A stretch of 64,000 nucleotides of DNA from Gnetum montanum (taxonomy: Eukaryota; Plantae; Gnetophyta). Below the pieces are notes generated by a model. It ran no database searches. It worked only from the letters and a program-made list of their open reading frames with translations, and was not told the DNA's origin. The stretch is taken from positions 690,780 through 754,779 of the forward strand of contig MNCI01002379.1 in the NCBI GenBank assembly GCA_015680685.1, given 5' to 3'. The translations under genes were made by a program, and so were the position numbers. Below, in pieces: positions 1 to 14,057 of the stretch; within the stretch, counting starts at the first letter, position 1; each line of letters opens with the position of its first letter.

Positions 1-1700
1 AATGGCATAATAGTAGAGGTAGCTCCAAAATTGACCAAACAATTATGAAGATACTAGTCTTTCAAATTCATTATGAAAAGAAAAGAAGGAGCTTCTTTAT
101 CAGGAGTACAATCATAGCTAGTTTTTGTTGTTTTGTCAATCTTTGATACATGTCTTAACTCTGATTCTCCAACTCTCTTTTTAACTTTTTAACTCTCTGA
201 TAGTTGTAATAAGTGATATAGGCTAATGTTGGCCTTGACATGTTTAAGATCTCCACTGGATCATATTCTCCATCTCCATAAAAGCTTGGTTTCTTCATCC
301 ATTTATTAAAAGACTAATTTTGAATAGTTTGTTCTACTCTTCTTTATTTTTATTTTTCTCTTTTCTACTTAATTCAAAAACCTTTTTCTTAGTGGATGGA
401 TCAAAAATGACATTTGGAGATCTAGAAGTAGTTAACCTTTCTTTTGATTGAAGATTATATCCATTTTCGTCATTGTTATTACACTCTTCATCTAATATAT
501 ATCCTCTTCAAAACCTAATAGAGTAGAAGAATCACTAGATCCATTGTTAGAAGATTTGCTTGCATAATGAACACTAAATAGCTCAATATCAAATTTAATA
601 TCAAGGAAGTTAGACATAAAAATCTCACTTTCATCCTCATCTTCTACTAATTTAGTATCTTGATGCTTATATTTCCTATTTTTTCCTCCTTGATTTTAAC
701 TTTTGCAAAAGATTTTTTTAGTTTCACTACTTTGTTAGACAAATATCTCATTAACTATCACTTCTCAAATTCTTTGCTTTCTGAATCTTATTCTATTTTA
801 TCATAAGGTGGCTTCGATAATGCTTTAAGTTGAGTAAAATCTTGCATAGGAATTGTTATTTTCTCTTCTCATTTTTGAGTTTTGAATCTCTTCATGATCC
901 AAGTTCAACTATCTTTCTAAATGTATAGCTTTACTAAAGTAGTCATTTAGTGTTATCAAGTTTAGAGTTTTTCTTAACCATATTGAAATTTTCAGATTCA
1001 TAACATTAAGATAAGTATCTCTAAGAACTTCATCCAATGGTCTATATTAGCTTTGAAAGAGTCCAAAAATTATTTGGAACTTAATGTTGAAATCTCTAAT
1101 TGACTTTTTAACCTCTTGCTTAGCTTGTATTAGTCCATAGAATAGTTGTTGTTGATTCAATTGATTGCCAAACTAGAAGAAAAAAAGACTTTTTATGTCA
1201 TCCCAACTTATGATACTATTGGTTGGCAATTTCAAATACTAAATATAAGCCATATCCTTTAAATTTTCTATAAACAATATACAAGCTTAATCTTGATGTT
1301 GAACATTTGCATGTGCTAAAGCTAACTCAAATAAATGAATATACTCTTCAACCAAGTAAGCTTTTCTAAGAATAAAAGACTTTGGAAAATATTTGTAAGC
1401 TATCTTATGAATATTGTTGTAATTCTAGAATCTTGATGGTGGAACTCTTTTCCAAGGATTTTCCATCCTATTAGAATTTCTTTTGCTTGTTGAATTCTTA
1501 TACATCTTTGAATTTCTCTTGTAAACTAATAAACTAGATAGAAGGGGTGATCTTCTTACTTCTCTAATATTTACTCCACTACTTGTTTCAAAATCAAGAA
1601 CTTTATTTTACTCTTCTTTTGATGAATAATCAGTCTTATAATAAAGAATTTCTTTAGAACCTTTGAAATTTTCCAAACTATCAATCTGCTTAGTCATGAA
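1..1700 (-). pseudogene. gag: Degenerate retrotransposon gag of element A (Gypsy-like, runs off the left edge)
   Basis: Manual minus-strand translation around 900-1350 gives EEYIHLFELALAH...ACILFIENLKDMAYI*YLKLPTNSIISWDDIKSLF...LIQAKQEVKKSIRDFNIKF, a Retrotrans_gag-like segment with many stops. It lies downstream of a PBS. Confidence 0.75.
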
Positions 1701-1797
1701 TTGAAAATAGTATCTAATTTCTAAGTCCTACTAGCAACAAAGAATTTTTAATGTGCTAGGACTATTAGGCTTATGAACTTGGAGGAAAAATTTTCAG

Positions 1798-1814
1798 CCC
1801 TCCTTCTAGTAACA
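1798..1814 (-). promoter_or_regulatory. Primer-binding site (tRNA-Asn type) of element A
   Basis: The minus strand reads TGTTACTAGAAGGAGGG, a decayed TGGCGCTAGAAGGAGGG, which is complementary to the plant tRNA-Asn 3' end (CCCTCCTTCTAGCGCCA). Confidence 0.75.
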
Positions 1815-1821
1815 AAAGAAT

Positions 1822-2891
1822 TGTTGGTGACCATTTGGGATAAGACCACCAATGTTGGGGTGGCCTCACAATCTCATAACTTTTTGGAGTCATGGGATCA
1901 AAGGTGTTCTTCAAATAAGATTTAGGTGCTTGCTAGTCTCTAGCACACCAAGGCCTAGATACTTATAAATAAACTCAATAGTTCTAAAATGAACTAGTCA
2001 TTAGTATGTATTTACTATTGCAAATATTGAAGTGGTTGGGTTATGTATGAAATTGTAATTGTCTATCACAAAAGAGATTCAACTATCTTTGTCAAATACT
2101 ATGAGTTGTTGGAAACTCCTATTTTGTTCAATCATTTAGTCTATACAGTACACTACTTGTAACAAATAAAATTTTACAAAAACATTTGAGCATACTTTTT
2201 CCAATCTACTCCTAATTTTCCCTAGAGAGAAAATTCCATAAAAAACCTAGAAATAGAGCAAGATTTAATGAGCTTAGAAATAGAAAGAAAAGAAAGTAGA
2301 TTTGCATAAAATTTTAAACATTTAAGCAGGATAACTTAATTTTCTACCATTTTTTGAAAACCACTATAGATTAAAATGTACAGCATAGCAATTAATATCC
2401 ATGTGATGAAGTTATTCATTAGTTTTCTTTTACAGAGTTTTTGCATATTCATAGTGAAAAGGGATGGACTTAATTTCATTATCCTTGTGGAACACTTGAT
2501 TTACCACTACACTTAATTGATAAACGGATAAATATGTAGGAACCAATGGAGATACAATTGCAAATAATCCTTGTTGCAATTTTCAAATTAATCCCTAGAT
2601 TTAACTCCTCCATTGCATATGGAAAAACCATAGTTTCTTCATAACATAGGCAAAAAACAACTTACTAAGCTTTTATTAATTCCATGCTTATAAACTTAAG
2701 ATGAGAACACCTATATAAAGAGCACTTTCCTTTAACACCTTTCTCCATTATGCTTCTCATGAAATTACCCCTTAAAATAAATAATTTAACTTTCATTTTC
2801 CAATCATCTTTGAAAAGCTAATTGACCAATTTCATTTCATAGATCTTATTTCACAAATATGCTCCATAAATGTGGTGCAAATATGATAACA
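1822..2891 (-). mobile_element. 5' LTR of element A, inserted in Copia gag
   Basis: It has TGTT...AACA termini, abuts the PBS on one side, and Copia gag coding sequence starts immediately on the other (2892). Confidence 0.6.
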
Positions 2892-4616
2892 CCAAGATCT
2901 CAGCTGGTATGTGTGGTTGATTGGAACAATATGATAATGTGCAAGCCTTGATGAAGTCAACTAATGAACAATTTGAGTCATCAGATAAAGCTTTTTCTAG
3001 CACCTTAATAATGAAATTTTCATCCATGAAACTTACCAAAATTTGTGGTGTGCATGAGCAAATTATGTAAATAAGGGATATAGTGTCTCAGCTAAAAACA
3101 TTTGAGGTTGAGATGTCAAAGTCTTTACTTGTGCACTACATCTTGAATGTACTCCCATAGTAGTACAGACCCTTTAATATTTCTTATAATACATAGGGAA
3201 AAATGGTCAATTAATAAACTAATAAACATGTGTGTACAAGAAAGAGGGTAGACTTGCTATAGAAGTGAGAGAGTGTGTGAATCTAGCTACACAAGGAGTG
3301 AATAAAGGATAAGTCAAGAATAAGGGGAAGAACAAACTACCTTCACAAGTTGATATGAAGAAGGAATCTAGATGCTTTTTCTAAAAGAAGAAATTTCATG
3401 TAAAGAAGGATTATCCTAAATATTAGAAATGGCTTGAGAAGAAAGGTTCTTGATTCTCAATTTTTTGTTTTGAATCTAATATGGTTAATGTTGGTGATAA
3501 GACACAGTGGATTGACTTTGATTCTACAATCCATGTTACTAATTCCTTGTAAGGGGTGAAAAACCTAAGGAAGCTAGTAGGAAGTGATTTTTGTATCTAT
3601 TCAGATAACAAGATGCACTCACATGTGTAGGCAATTGAAAGATGAAAATTAGTTTTAAGTAGTCATTTTTTTTAGAGTTGGAAAAGACATTTTATATTCC
3701 AAGATTTTGAGGAATTTAATTTTTGTTTCAAGGCTTGTATCATTGGGATTTACCTTCAATTTTTTAGATACTATATTCAATTTATTTATAGATCTGAAAT
3801 TTCTTATACTTCTATGCATGTTAATGATAGTGCTGGCATTAAGAGATGTATTATGAATGAAGAATCCTCTATGTTGTGGCATCATAGATTAGGACATATC
3901 TCTATTGAGAGAATAAAAATATTAGTAAATGATGGAGTACTTAGTACTCTGTATTTTACTAACTTTGATACTTATCTAGACTACATCAATGGAAAGAAGA
4001 CCAATATATCAAACAAAGGTGCCAAGAGAAGTTCAAACGTATTAGAGATCATACATACAAATAGTTATAGCCTAGATATGGACACAAATGGTCACATGAA
4101 TATATATATATATATCTACCTCCTTCATGACAAGAATGAAGCTTAAATGCCTTTTAGGTGTGTAAGGTTGAAGTAGAGAAATAGTATGATAAGCAAATAA
4201 AGATAGTTAGTTCTGATAGAGGTTGTGAATACTATGGTAGATATGCTAATGATGGACAAGCACCTGGTCCATTTGCTAAGTCTCTTCAAGAGAAAGGGAT
4301 TGTTGCCCAATATACTATGGCTAGTTCTCCATACTAGAATGGTGTGGCAAAGAGAAGAAACTAAATATTATTGAACATGGTGTAGAGTATGCATAGCAGC
4401 TCCAAGCTTCAAAAGTCCTTGTGGACTAAAGCTCTTAAGATGACTATGCATATATTACACTAAGTTCCAACCAAGGCTATCTCAAAGACATCATTTGAAT
4501 TATGGAAAGGTTGGAAATTTATTTTATGACATATATGCATTTGGGGATGCCAATCTGAAGTAAGAGTCTATAATCGACAAAAAAAGAAGCTAGACCCAAT
4601 GACCATAAATGGGTAT
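2892..4616 (+). mobile_element. Ty1/Copia fragment (gag, Zn knuckle, PR, GAG-pre-integrase, integrase), possibly Ikeros/Sto-4-like; pseudogenised
   Basis: Motifs seen: MKFSSMKLT...LLVHYILN; CFF*KKKFHVKKDY; WIDFDSTIHV; SSMLWHHRLGHISIERIK; SDRGCEYYG; NGVAKRRN; KLDPMTINGY, where an LTR cuts it off. Integrase directly follows PR, which is the Copia order. Confidence 0.9.
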
Positions 4617-6095
4617 TGAAACACCACAAAATTTTGTATATTATAGCTAGTTTTCATCATGTAGTTTTCACCCTATGAAACTTGAGGCAAAATTATAAAT
4701 GTGAATATTGCAATCCATGAGGGGAAATCTCACATATTCCATACTTTTGGGGCTAAAAATGCCTTATAAATAATCAAAGCCTCATATCACAAATGAAAAA
4801 AGTTATCTATTATTTATATTTGGACTTATGAGGGTTAAATTACATTTTGGAATGTCAAAAATGGTAATTTGATGGGTTTTATGATGGGTATACATTTTTC
4901 TATGTTGAAAACACTTGCAAGGACATAAATCTTACCTACCTCCAACATGGAGGAGTGGAGGGTTTCTCCTTAGCTTGGAAACCTTCTTCCCCAATGTAGA
5001 AACTATAAGCCTCTAGCATGGAAACCACAAAAAGCTAGATTTTAACACTCCATGTACTCCAATGTTAACTAACCACTCCAACAAGGATGGCAGAAGACTC
5101 AGCATGGAAGATCTATCTCCAACATGAAAGGTGTGCATCCATTACTATTTATAGTAACTAGAATGGCCATGGGGGAAAGGTAGTTACTATGTATAGTAGC
5201 CATACAAATTTGAGCACCCATCTCACCTGTATGAGGCAAGAATTTGTAGCCATTTTGCAGTGAAATTTCAACCAAATTGTAGCCATTTTCAGCACCATTC
5301 ATGACCAAAAACCTATAAAAACCAACCTCAAAAATCATTTACAAGTTCAACAACTTTTGGTATACATACACTTTTGTGGTTCCACAATCTTGAGACTATT
5401 CAACAATTTTTCATAATCAACAATTTTTTCATAGTTCTACACTTGGGCATTTTCAAGCACTCAAGAGTTCTTGCAAGATCCTACACTTATATTCTCTTGA
5501 ACCTAGTGTGAAAATCCTGTGACTTTGTAACCTCCTTTTGGATTTTTGAGTGTTCAAGCTCCATGCAACACTCATGGTTTCCCAACTCCTAGCATAGAGT
5601 ACCTAGGCAGCTTGGATTCTTCACACTTCTCAACCCCCACCATAGCCAATGTTACAGATATGAAGTAGTAGCACAGGAGGTTTGATCATGTCAGGAGTGG
5701 CAAGCCATCTAGCTCATGAAGTTTACTACATTTACTTCAATGGACCTTGTACCCCTATCCAAGTGAACCTTGCTATTGTCCACTCAAGCACCGTTTGTAT
5801 ACTTTTCTCTAACTTATTCTTTATTCTTTCTCAATAAAGTTTCAAGTTTTGGGTTTTTTTTTTTTGCAAAATATATATTCATTTATTTTCTATGTAGTAT
5901 TCAAATCTATTATCAGTTTTTAGCATTCTATTTTTATTACCTCATTTTGGATTTTGGTAAGTCCTTGGGTGATCTATCAAACCATCCTAGGCACCTTCAA
6001 TCACACTTTTTCTAGAGGCCCTACAAATTTGGGGTTAAGGTTGTTGCACTAAATCCATTGATTTTTTCCAATGACCAATTTTTCTTGTTCCAACA
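4617..6095 (+). mobile_element. 5' LTR of Tat/Ogre-like element B
   Basis: It starts TGAAACACCAC (the terminus shared with D, E, H), ends ...CAACA, is followed by a PBS, and interrupts the Copia reading frame. Confidence 0.8.
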
Positions 6096-6102
6096 ATTTT
6101 CT

Positions 6103-6119
6103 TAGCACTAGAAGGAGAG
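6103..6119 (+). promoter_or_regulatory. PBS (tRNA-Asn) of element B
   Basis: TAGCACTAGAAGGAGAG follows the LTR end after a T-rich spacer. Confidence 0.8.
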
Positions 6120-7129
6120 CCTCTATCCAAGTTCTACATCTAAATCTTTTTGCCAATTTTCTACCAAAAAACCAACATTACAACACATGCCCCCTACAAT
6201 AAAAGCCCAAAGTAGAAGTTGCACATGTTTGGGTTTTCAAGATTTCAATAATAATTGCTGTGAATTGCAAGGCCAACATTGGCATCCCACCAAAACCTTT
6301 AAAGAATTAATGCTGCCTTGTTCCCCCTGTGACCAAAACTATAGCATGGATGTTGTAGATGCTTGGATGGTGACTTTTCACAACAATTGTTATGAATGTT
6401 TTCAGCCCAAGGCCAACATTGAAACCTTCCCCCTCCTTTTCCATTTTGCTACCAATTTTTCCAATTGTTAAAGTGGGTGGTGCAACCCTTCTAGAAACCA
6501 TCCAACTCCCAAAAGTTAGCTGCATCCCATCTTTCCAAGGTAAGAAAATTAGCAACCTACCAAAACCAATTTTAATGGAAATACACCAACTTTTCACTTT
6601 TGGTTTTAGCCTTTCCCTCCATCAATGTTGGATTAGAAAGTGTGAGATTCCCATCATCTCACTTCCCTTCTTCCCTACCCCCCACCCCCACCCCCTCTTA
6701 CCATACCTAGCATAGAGCTAATTAGTGGACTAGTGTTAATGAAGCTTGTTACCAAATTTTCATTTTTGTTTTATGCATTTCCTTCTCAATCAATGTTGGA
6801 TTAGAAGATATGAGATTCTTGTCATCTAACCTCCCCTTTTTCCTCCCTTTCCATACCCAATGTAGAGGTACCTGGAAGGCTAGCATGGATGAGATTTAAC
6901 ACCAACATTCCCAACTTTCTATTTTTTCTAAGGGGTAAACCTCCATTAACCCCCACGTATTGATTATATAAAGTGCTCCATTTTGAACTATTTTTGCTTC
7001 CTTTCACCATTTTTGAATTCCACTTGTTGGAATTTACCTCTATTTTTTGCCTTTTATAGCCTATTTTAAGCCATTTTTAACATTATAAAAATTTCTTTGT
7101 AGTAATCCATCAAGTTGCCCTCACCTTCA

Positions 7130-9012
7130 CAAGCAAAGATCCTAGCCAATAAGCCATTTGGGTGTATGACCCCAAAGACTTTCCTATCATTAAATGTAGG
7201 AAATCTTTAAAGATTAGGGAAAAAATTCTTGGTTTTTTGGCCATAAATGAAGATTGATATAACTTCATTTGCACCAAAATATAGGCTTTCATGCTAATTC
7301 CACATTTGGAAGCAAAAGCTAAAAGGGATTTTTAACTCATTCACTACAATGGTAAGGAGTACATCTCTTCCTCCTATGATCAAATACCTCTAACTGATAT
7401 CTATGTGGGTATCCTAGCCTAATTAATTAATATGGAAGAAAAGGATAATAAACATAGCTCCAAGGAAAAATAGGAAGAGGAGGATGAATTTAGGGTAGAA
7501 TCTGAGCCCAAAAACATCCTGATGGGATTGTTCCAACAAGAAATCCCAAAGGCCACTAAGCCTTCCCCTCATGCCTTTGTTTTTTCCATGCTCATGGTAC
7601 CACCATCTTCCACTCCCTCCTACCTTATCACAACTAGCCCTATGTTAGTTATATCCATACATCAAGCTCAATCAATGCCACAACCAATGGTCTATAACTT
7701 GTCAATGTCATTTGTCACACATCCTTGCTCTATGCAACCATCAACAATGGTTTTCTCCATGAAAAATCCATTAACTACCCATGTGGGATCAACCATGGGA
7801 CCCCAAGTAACATAGGGATCACACAGCCCCTTATTCCATTTGTGCCTCAAGTACCAACATAAACATCCTTTTCCTGGTTTGGTCCACAAGATATGACCAT
7901 GATGCAACCTCTTTCTTCCATCTTGTAACCCATAGCGAGGCCACAAGCCTCACAACAAATGCCATAGCTTTATGTATAAACCCTGTAGATAACAAGGCCT
8001 GGATCAATCCTTCCAAATGATCTAGGACCTAATAGAAGAGTTAAAGAGGCTCAAAGCCTCTACTTTCCAAAGCTTCAAGATTTTGGATTTCTACCAGGAT
8101 GATTCCATTAGTCTTGTCGTCCCATCCTTGACACTTCCTCCTAGTGTCCCTATCTCCTAGTTTAGCAAATACAATGGAGAAGGTCACCCAAATGCTCACC
8201 TTATAACCTTTAGATCCAAGTGTTTACTTTTACGGTCATGGCCTCATATCATCATGAGGATTTTCCCTATGTTCTTAACTAAGAAATCACTTTATTGGTA
8301 TTGTGCACTACCTAGAGGATCCATATCCTCTCTAAAGGACTTGAAAGCTCAGTTAATTAACTACTTCAAGTATAACTTGATGCCTAATACCATACTTGAC
8401 CAACTCATGAAGGTCAAGCAAGGATCCATAAAGCCTATGTAGAAATTAATTCAATGGTGGAATGGACTATTGAATGAAATACTAGAACCTATTGTTGAAG
8501 CCAAGCTTTTAACCATATTCAAAGGAGCAATTAATGACTTTATCAAATCCAAACTCTACTACCTCAATTTGAAGTCCCTCAACTAAGCATTTTCCCAAAC
8601 CAAGAATATAGAGGATGTTGTAGAGGCCAATCATGATCTAGTCTATGTAGCATATAAAAATCAACTTACATAGAAAGACAAAGAGAAGAACAAATAAAAT
8701 AATATGACCATAGCAACTATGATTAAAGAGGCAAAGACCACAAACCAAGGACCAAGGGCTAACCCTCCCAAGGCCACCACTAATGGTCACAATAACCAAC
8801 CATCAACCTCTGGGGCTACCACATCAAAAATAACCAGATCCAACTTCAAAAGGATAGGTCCAAATATGCTATGATACCATTAAAATTGTTAAAGATGTTA
8901 GATCAACTATTGAATAGTGGATGTATTCAATACAAACAAATGTTGAAGCTTCCCAAAAGAAGCATGATAGGCTCTATGAAATATCCAAAGACCCCACTAG
9001 AGCAACAAAAGA
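7130..9012 (+). pseudogene. gag: Degenerate gag of element B, truncated by LTR C
   Basis: FSKYNGEGHPNAHL, RIFPMFLTKKSLYWYCALPRGSISS and LDQLMKVKQ are homologous to the gag of C, D and E. Confidence 0.85.
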
Positions 9013-10902
9013 TGTAAAACACCACCAATTTTGAGATCCTGCAGTTCAACGGTAGATTTGTCTAAGTGTCAAAACTTGGAAAAAATATTTTCTAAGTCTA
9101 GTGCCACACTTTATAGTGTAGAAAACCTAGCAAGCCTCAAGTCTTATTTTTTGCAAAATTTTCTAAGTTTGCTATGCACCCTAGCACACCCAACATAGCA
9201 CATACTTCCATGGCTAGTTTGCATAGGTGTCAAGCCAAAAGTGATTGAGGATCACCTAGGATGGACCAAAAAGCTTGGCAAATTTTCTATCTCGTAGGTT
9301 TTCAACCTCATTACACTCTCTAGTGTACCTAGCTTGACACATGTTCCAACTACCAATCCACCCAACTACCAAGCTACAGTTTGTCAAAAGTGCTCAGGAT
9401 GGAAAAAATAGTTTGGCAATTTTTCTATCTCTCAAGTATCACATTCTAGTACACTGCATAGCATAGCAATCTTGACACAGGTTTCAAGGCCCAATTTTTC
9501 CTAAGTGTTGAACAAGGATCTGTCAAGCGAACTCGACATGGAAGATGCATTTGGAACATTTTCTAACTTCCAAGGCTGCTTGTTTTGCTACACCCTAGAG
9601 TGTGATTAGCATGCTATGAAGAAACATTGCAAATTTTATCAAAATTTATCAAAGAATTCATGCTATTCTCTACTACTTTGTGTAGCATAAAAAGTGTCAT
9701 GAGTGCGGAAAATCAAAATTTGCAAAATTTTACTAAGTGTTCTTGCTATGCTTTTCTACGTTGTGTAGCGTAGCTAGCTTGATGGTGGGAAAATGCCTTT
9801 GAAAGCCTCCAAAATCATCTAGAACTTGGCATCAACCTTCCTCTTGGCTCTAACATCCCTTCAGTAGCTAGGATCAACAATTTACATCTCTTTTGCATCC
9901 CCCATTAATCCCCAAATTTTCCCTACACTTGACCCTACTCAGAAGAGGGGGAAGATGTAGTCTTGGAGCATAGTATCCAAGTTGCATTGTTTTGACACTA
10001 TTTGTAGGTACATAGTGGTCTCTCAAAATTTGGCATAAGTAGTCCAAGTAGTGTGGTCATAGTTTGGTAGTCTATAGATTCCTGTTCCTGTCCTACAAAG
10101 CGTAACACTTTGTTACAAAGAGTGTAACATGTCAATGTGACCCGTCTATACCCATGCCACATGGCACCTAGGCCATGTGGCATCCAATCCACATTTAACA
10201 CCAAAGATAGCCCTATAAATATGCCAACATTTAGCACTTTAGGGGTTGGCAAATCAGAAGAGCATTGAGCATTTAAGTATTCCTAGCATCTCTGCTACTC
10301 CAGCACTTGAGCATCTGAGCTTGACACCTTGGTAATTACTGTAATGCAGCCTTTCCTTGCATCCACAAAGCATGATGACTACCAACCTAGTAGGACTAGC
10401 CTTCCTTGCAACTACTAGCACCTTGTCCCAAATGTCCTAGAGATTGTGACCACACTACTACGCTACCACTATGCCTATCTAATGTCACATACCATTTTCA
10501 CACCATGTTCAAGGGAAAGTTACGCTCCTCGATTTTGGGGTGACACATTTCTGTACTTCCAAAATTTTGTTTCATTTTCTTTATTAGCATTTGTTTCAAA
10601 TTTTTAGTATAACTCTTGCATTTTTCTGCTATCAGTATGCATTCACATGTTTACATCAGTATTTTTGAGCTAAGACTCTATGCTATGCTCTTGCTTATTG
10701 TCCTAGCCCCCACACGTAACGCTCCATAAAATCCTTTTACAAATGGTTATTCTTATACCACGTAAGTCCTTGTCTGATTGACCAAAATATTCAAGGCACC
10801 TTGTTTCTATTTCCCTAGCATGGCCCTCACATAGATTTAAGGTTAGGCTATATGTGCATTGACCTCTCGATGTTCTAGCCACAAATGTTTTCAAACATCA
10901 CA
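9013..10902 (+). mobile_element. 5' LTR of element C
   Basis: It starts TGTAAAACACCACCAATTTT, ends CATCACA, has a TATA box at 10214 and is homologous to the D LTRs. A PBS follows. Confidence 0.85.
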
Positions 10903-10907
10903 ATTTT

Positions 10908-10924
10908 TGGAACTAGAAGGAGGG
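10908..10924 (+). promoter_or_regulatory. PBS (tRNA-Asn) of element C
   Basis: TGGAACTAGAAGGAGGG directly follows the LTR. Confidence 0.85.
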
Positions 10925-11377
10925 CCTTCCATTCCTTCTATGTTCAAAGGGTAGTCCCATGTGCTTTCTACACCCCTATCACTAGCAATGAGCTAGAATA
11001 CACATAACACCCTTGTGGACTTGCCACATTTGTAGCTAGATCATAGGCCAATCTAGGAGTTGTCTACGTTCTAGTTGGTGTAGATTGGTCCTACTTGTCA
11101 ATTCCCTTAGAACCCTATAGGATGAAAAGCCCAAACTATGTCCATCGCATCAAGCTCTGACTATCCTATAGAGCATGAAAATCCTATGAGTGTAACAGTC
11201 CCTCAAAGCATAACGAGTGTAATGCCAGAGATAGCCATTTTTTCAATGTTCCAAACTTGGTCATTTTGGGCCTATTTTTTTACAATTTTCATACTTAGTC
11301 ATTTTATTTGAAAGTTTTTTGTGCTTAAAATTTTTTTGCAAGTATCTTATTTTCTCATGTCTTTCCTACATAGCAAA

Positions 11378-11580
11378 ATGAACCTTGTTAACACCTTAGT
11401 TGTTGCCTTGAGCTTGGAGGTGGCTCATCCCATTCAACATATGAGAGATGTTGAGCAACCACCTAGCCTGGTGCAACCACCATGGAAGTCTCTTAGACTA
11501 CGACACCAATCACCCAAACATAGGGCACTTGATGATGACTTGTATAACTTCTTGTGTGCAAAGCGTCAGGTGGGCCTATC
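11378..11580 (+). pseudogene. gag: N-terminus of element C gag, interrupted by element D and resumed at 30062
   Basis: MNLVNTLVVALSLEVAHP...YNFLCAKRQVGLS is homologous to the D gag start at 14058. Confidence 0.85.
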
Positions 11581-13558
11581 TGAAACACCACCAATTTTGG
11601 GCTCCTACAACTCAATAGCAAATTTTTCTAAGTGTCAAAACTTGGACAAAAATTTTTCTAAAGTCTGATGCTACGCTATGTAGCGTAGACAATGTGGCAC
11701 CCTATAAGTCCTAATGTTTGAAAATTTTTTTCTAAGTCTTTCTGCTATGCTCCCTAGCATAGTCAGCATAGCACCAAGTCCCAAGGCTAGTTTGCATAAA
11801 TCTCAAGTTGGAAGCAGTCAAAAGGGCACTAAGGATGGACTCAACAATTTAGAAAATTTTCAATCTTCTAGGTTGTCAAGCTTGCTATGCTCTCTACCTT
11901 GCGTAGCTTAATACATGTCCCAGTTGCCAGTCCACCCAAGTGCCTAGCTTGTTACACTATGCTATGCTGCATAGTGTAGCAAAGCATAGCACAAGTTTCA
12001 GGACTCAAATTTCCTAAGCGTTGGGCCAAACACGAAAGGTAAGTTTGGCAATTTTTCAACTTCCAAGGCTACTTGTCTTACTTCATCCTCAGAGTGTGAT
12101 CAATGTCCCATCAAAAAACATTGCAAGTTTTATCAAAATTTATCCAAAATTGGTGTCATTCTCTACTACGTTGCATAGCATAGATACCATAGCAAAGGTT
12201 CCAGAATTAGAAATTTTCTATGTATAGAATGAGGAGGTATCAGGCCATCTTGACACAGAAGATGCACTTTTTGGTTGTTAGAGTTGCCTATCCTCCCACA
12301 TCCTAGAGTGGCATTTTCAATTTTGACAAGATTCATTGGAAAATAGGTGTTATGCCCTACTACACTAAGCAGTGTACATAGCATAGTAGGCCAAAACTAC
12401 AAAATTATTCTAATTATTCACACTACGCTTCATCACGCTGGGTAGCGTAGATAATGTAACACTTTGGAAATGCCTCCAGATACCTCCAAAAGCTACCATA
12501 ACTTAGCATTGACCTCCATTTGAGCTCTAGCATCTCTTAGGTAGCCAAAATTAGTAGTCTGCTTTATTTTTTGTACCCCCCATTTATTCCCAAAATTGTC
12601 CCTGCACTTGATCCTACTTGGAAGAGGAGGGATGACACAGTTCCAAAGCATAGGATCCAAGTTGCATTTGTTTTGGGCATATTGCAGGTACATGGAAGTT
12701 ATTTAGACTTTGGCACATGCAATTTAGGCAATATAGTCATAGTTTGGCAAATTTTTAGTTCCTATTTTTGTCCTATTGAGCATAGCATCATTGAGCTTAA
12801 CACTTTGAGCATAGCACATCAATGTGACACATTGACATCCATGCTATGCAGGACCCAGGATATGTGGCATCTAATCCACATCTCCCGTCAACCCTGGCTC
12901 TATAAATACCCCAATAATCATCATTCTAAGGGTTGGCTTTTGTAAGATATTAGTAAGAAAAAGGTTGATGAGTGGAAAATCTCAGCATTAGAGCACTCAA
13001 CACCTACTTCACTCTTGCACTTGAGAATGACACTTGCAACCTGCACTCATACAACGTAGCAATTATTAGTCCAACAAGCTTCAGCTCCCTTATGTCTATC
13101 AACACCACATCAGCAACATCCCAAGAACTATGACCATACTACCTTGTTGCCCCATTGTGCCTGTTTGACACTTCATGCTAGTTGTACACATCATTTAATC
13201 AAAAGTCACACTCCCCTAATCTTGGGGTGGTTTATTTTCTCACCTAAACTCATTCCATTTTTCCTGTAGCATATATTTCAAATTGTTAGCATATTGGTTT
13301 ATTCCTATTGTTAATATGCATTAAGACACTCACATCGATGCACTCTTGCTTGTTATACATGTTATGCTCTTTGCTTGCTCTAAAAACACCATTCAAAAAC
13401 GGTTATTAGACACCACGTAAGTCCCTATTTGATCAACTAAACCATTCAAGGTGCCTCGTTTCTATTCTCTCCAGCACGGTCCTCCCATGGACTTGGGGTT
13501 AAACTATACATCTAATGACCTCTCGATGTTCTAACCATTGACATTCCCAGACACTACA
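11581..13558 (+). repeat. 5' LTR of element D
   Basis: TGAAACACC...CTACA termini, TATAAATA at 12901, direct repeat with 28428-30056. Confidence 0.92.
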
Positions 13559-13563
13559 GTTTT

Positions 13564-13580
13564 TGGCATTAGAAGGAGGG
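13564..13580 (+). promoter_or_regulatory. PBS (tRNA-Asn) of element D
   Basis: TGGCATTAGAAGGAGGG directly follows the 5' LTR. Confidence 0.9.
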
Positions 13581-14057
13581 TCTAAACCTCCATGCTTCTT
13601 ATATGTGCCATGGGTAGTCCTGCATGCTTTATGTACCTCCACCACTAGCAACAAGCTAGTTTAAATGTAACACCCCTATGGACCTACTATGGTAGTAGCT
13701 AGATCATAGGCTAGCGCAAGAGTTGTTTATGTTTTGGTCAGTGCAAATTGGTCCTATTTGATGGTTCCGCTAGAACCCTACAAGATAGAAAGCCCAAAAC
13801 TATGTAGCATGACATATATAGCATGACATATATAGCATGACACATGTAGTGTAATAGCCTTTTCAATGTGATAGTCCCACCTAGCGTAGCATGTGTAGCA
13901 GCACAAACTACTATTTTTTTAGCATTTTCAGACTTTGTTGTCTTTAGCCTGTTTTCTGTGTAGCTTACCTATTTATGCATTTTCACTCAAAATTTACTAT
14001 ATTTCACCATTTCTCATGAGTTTCTTTGCTTCTTATGTTCTTTTTAACATAGTAAAA

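Noticed and set aside
13564-13580. tRNA genes
   Set aside because: Only 17-18 nt complements of tRNA 3' ends (PBS) are present, with no cloverleaf body.
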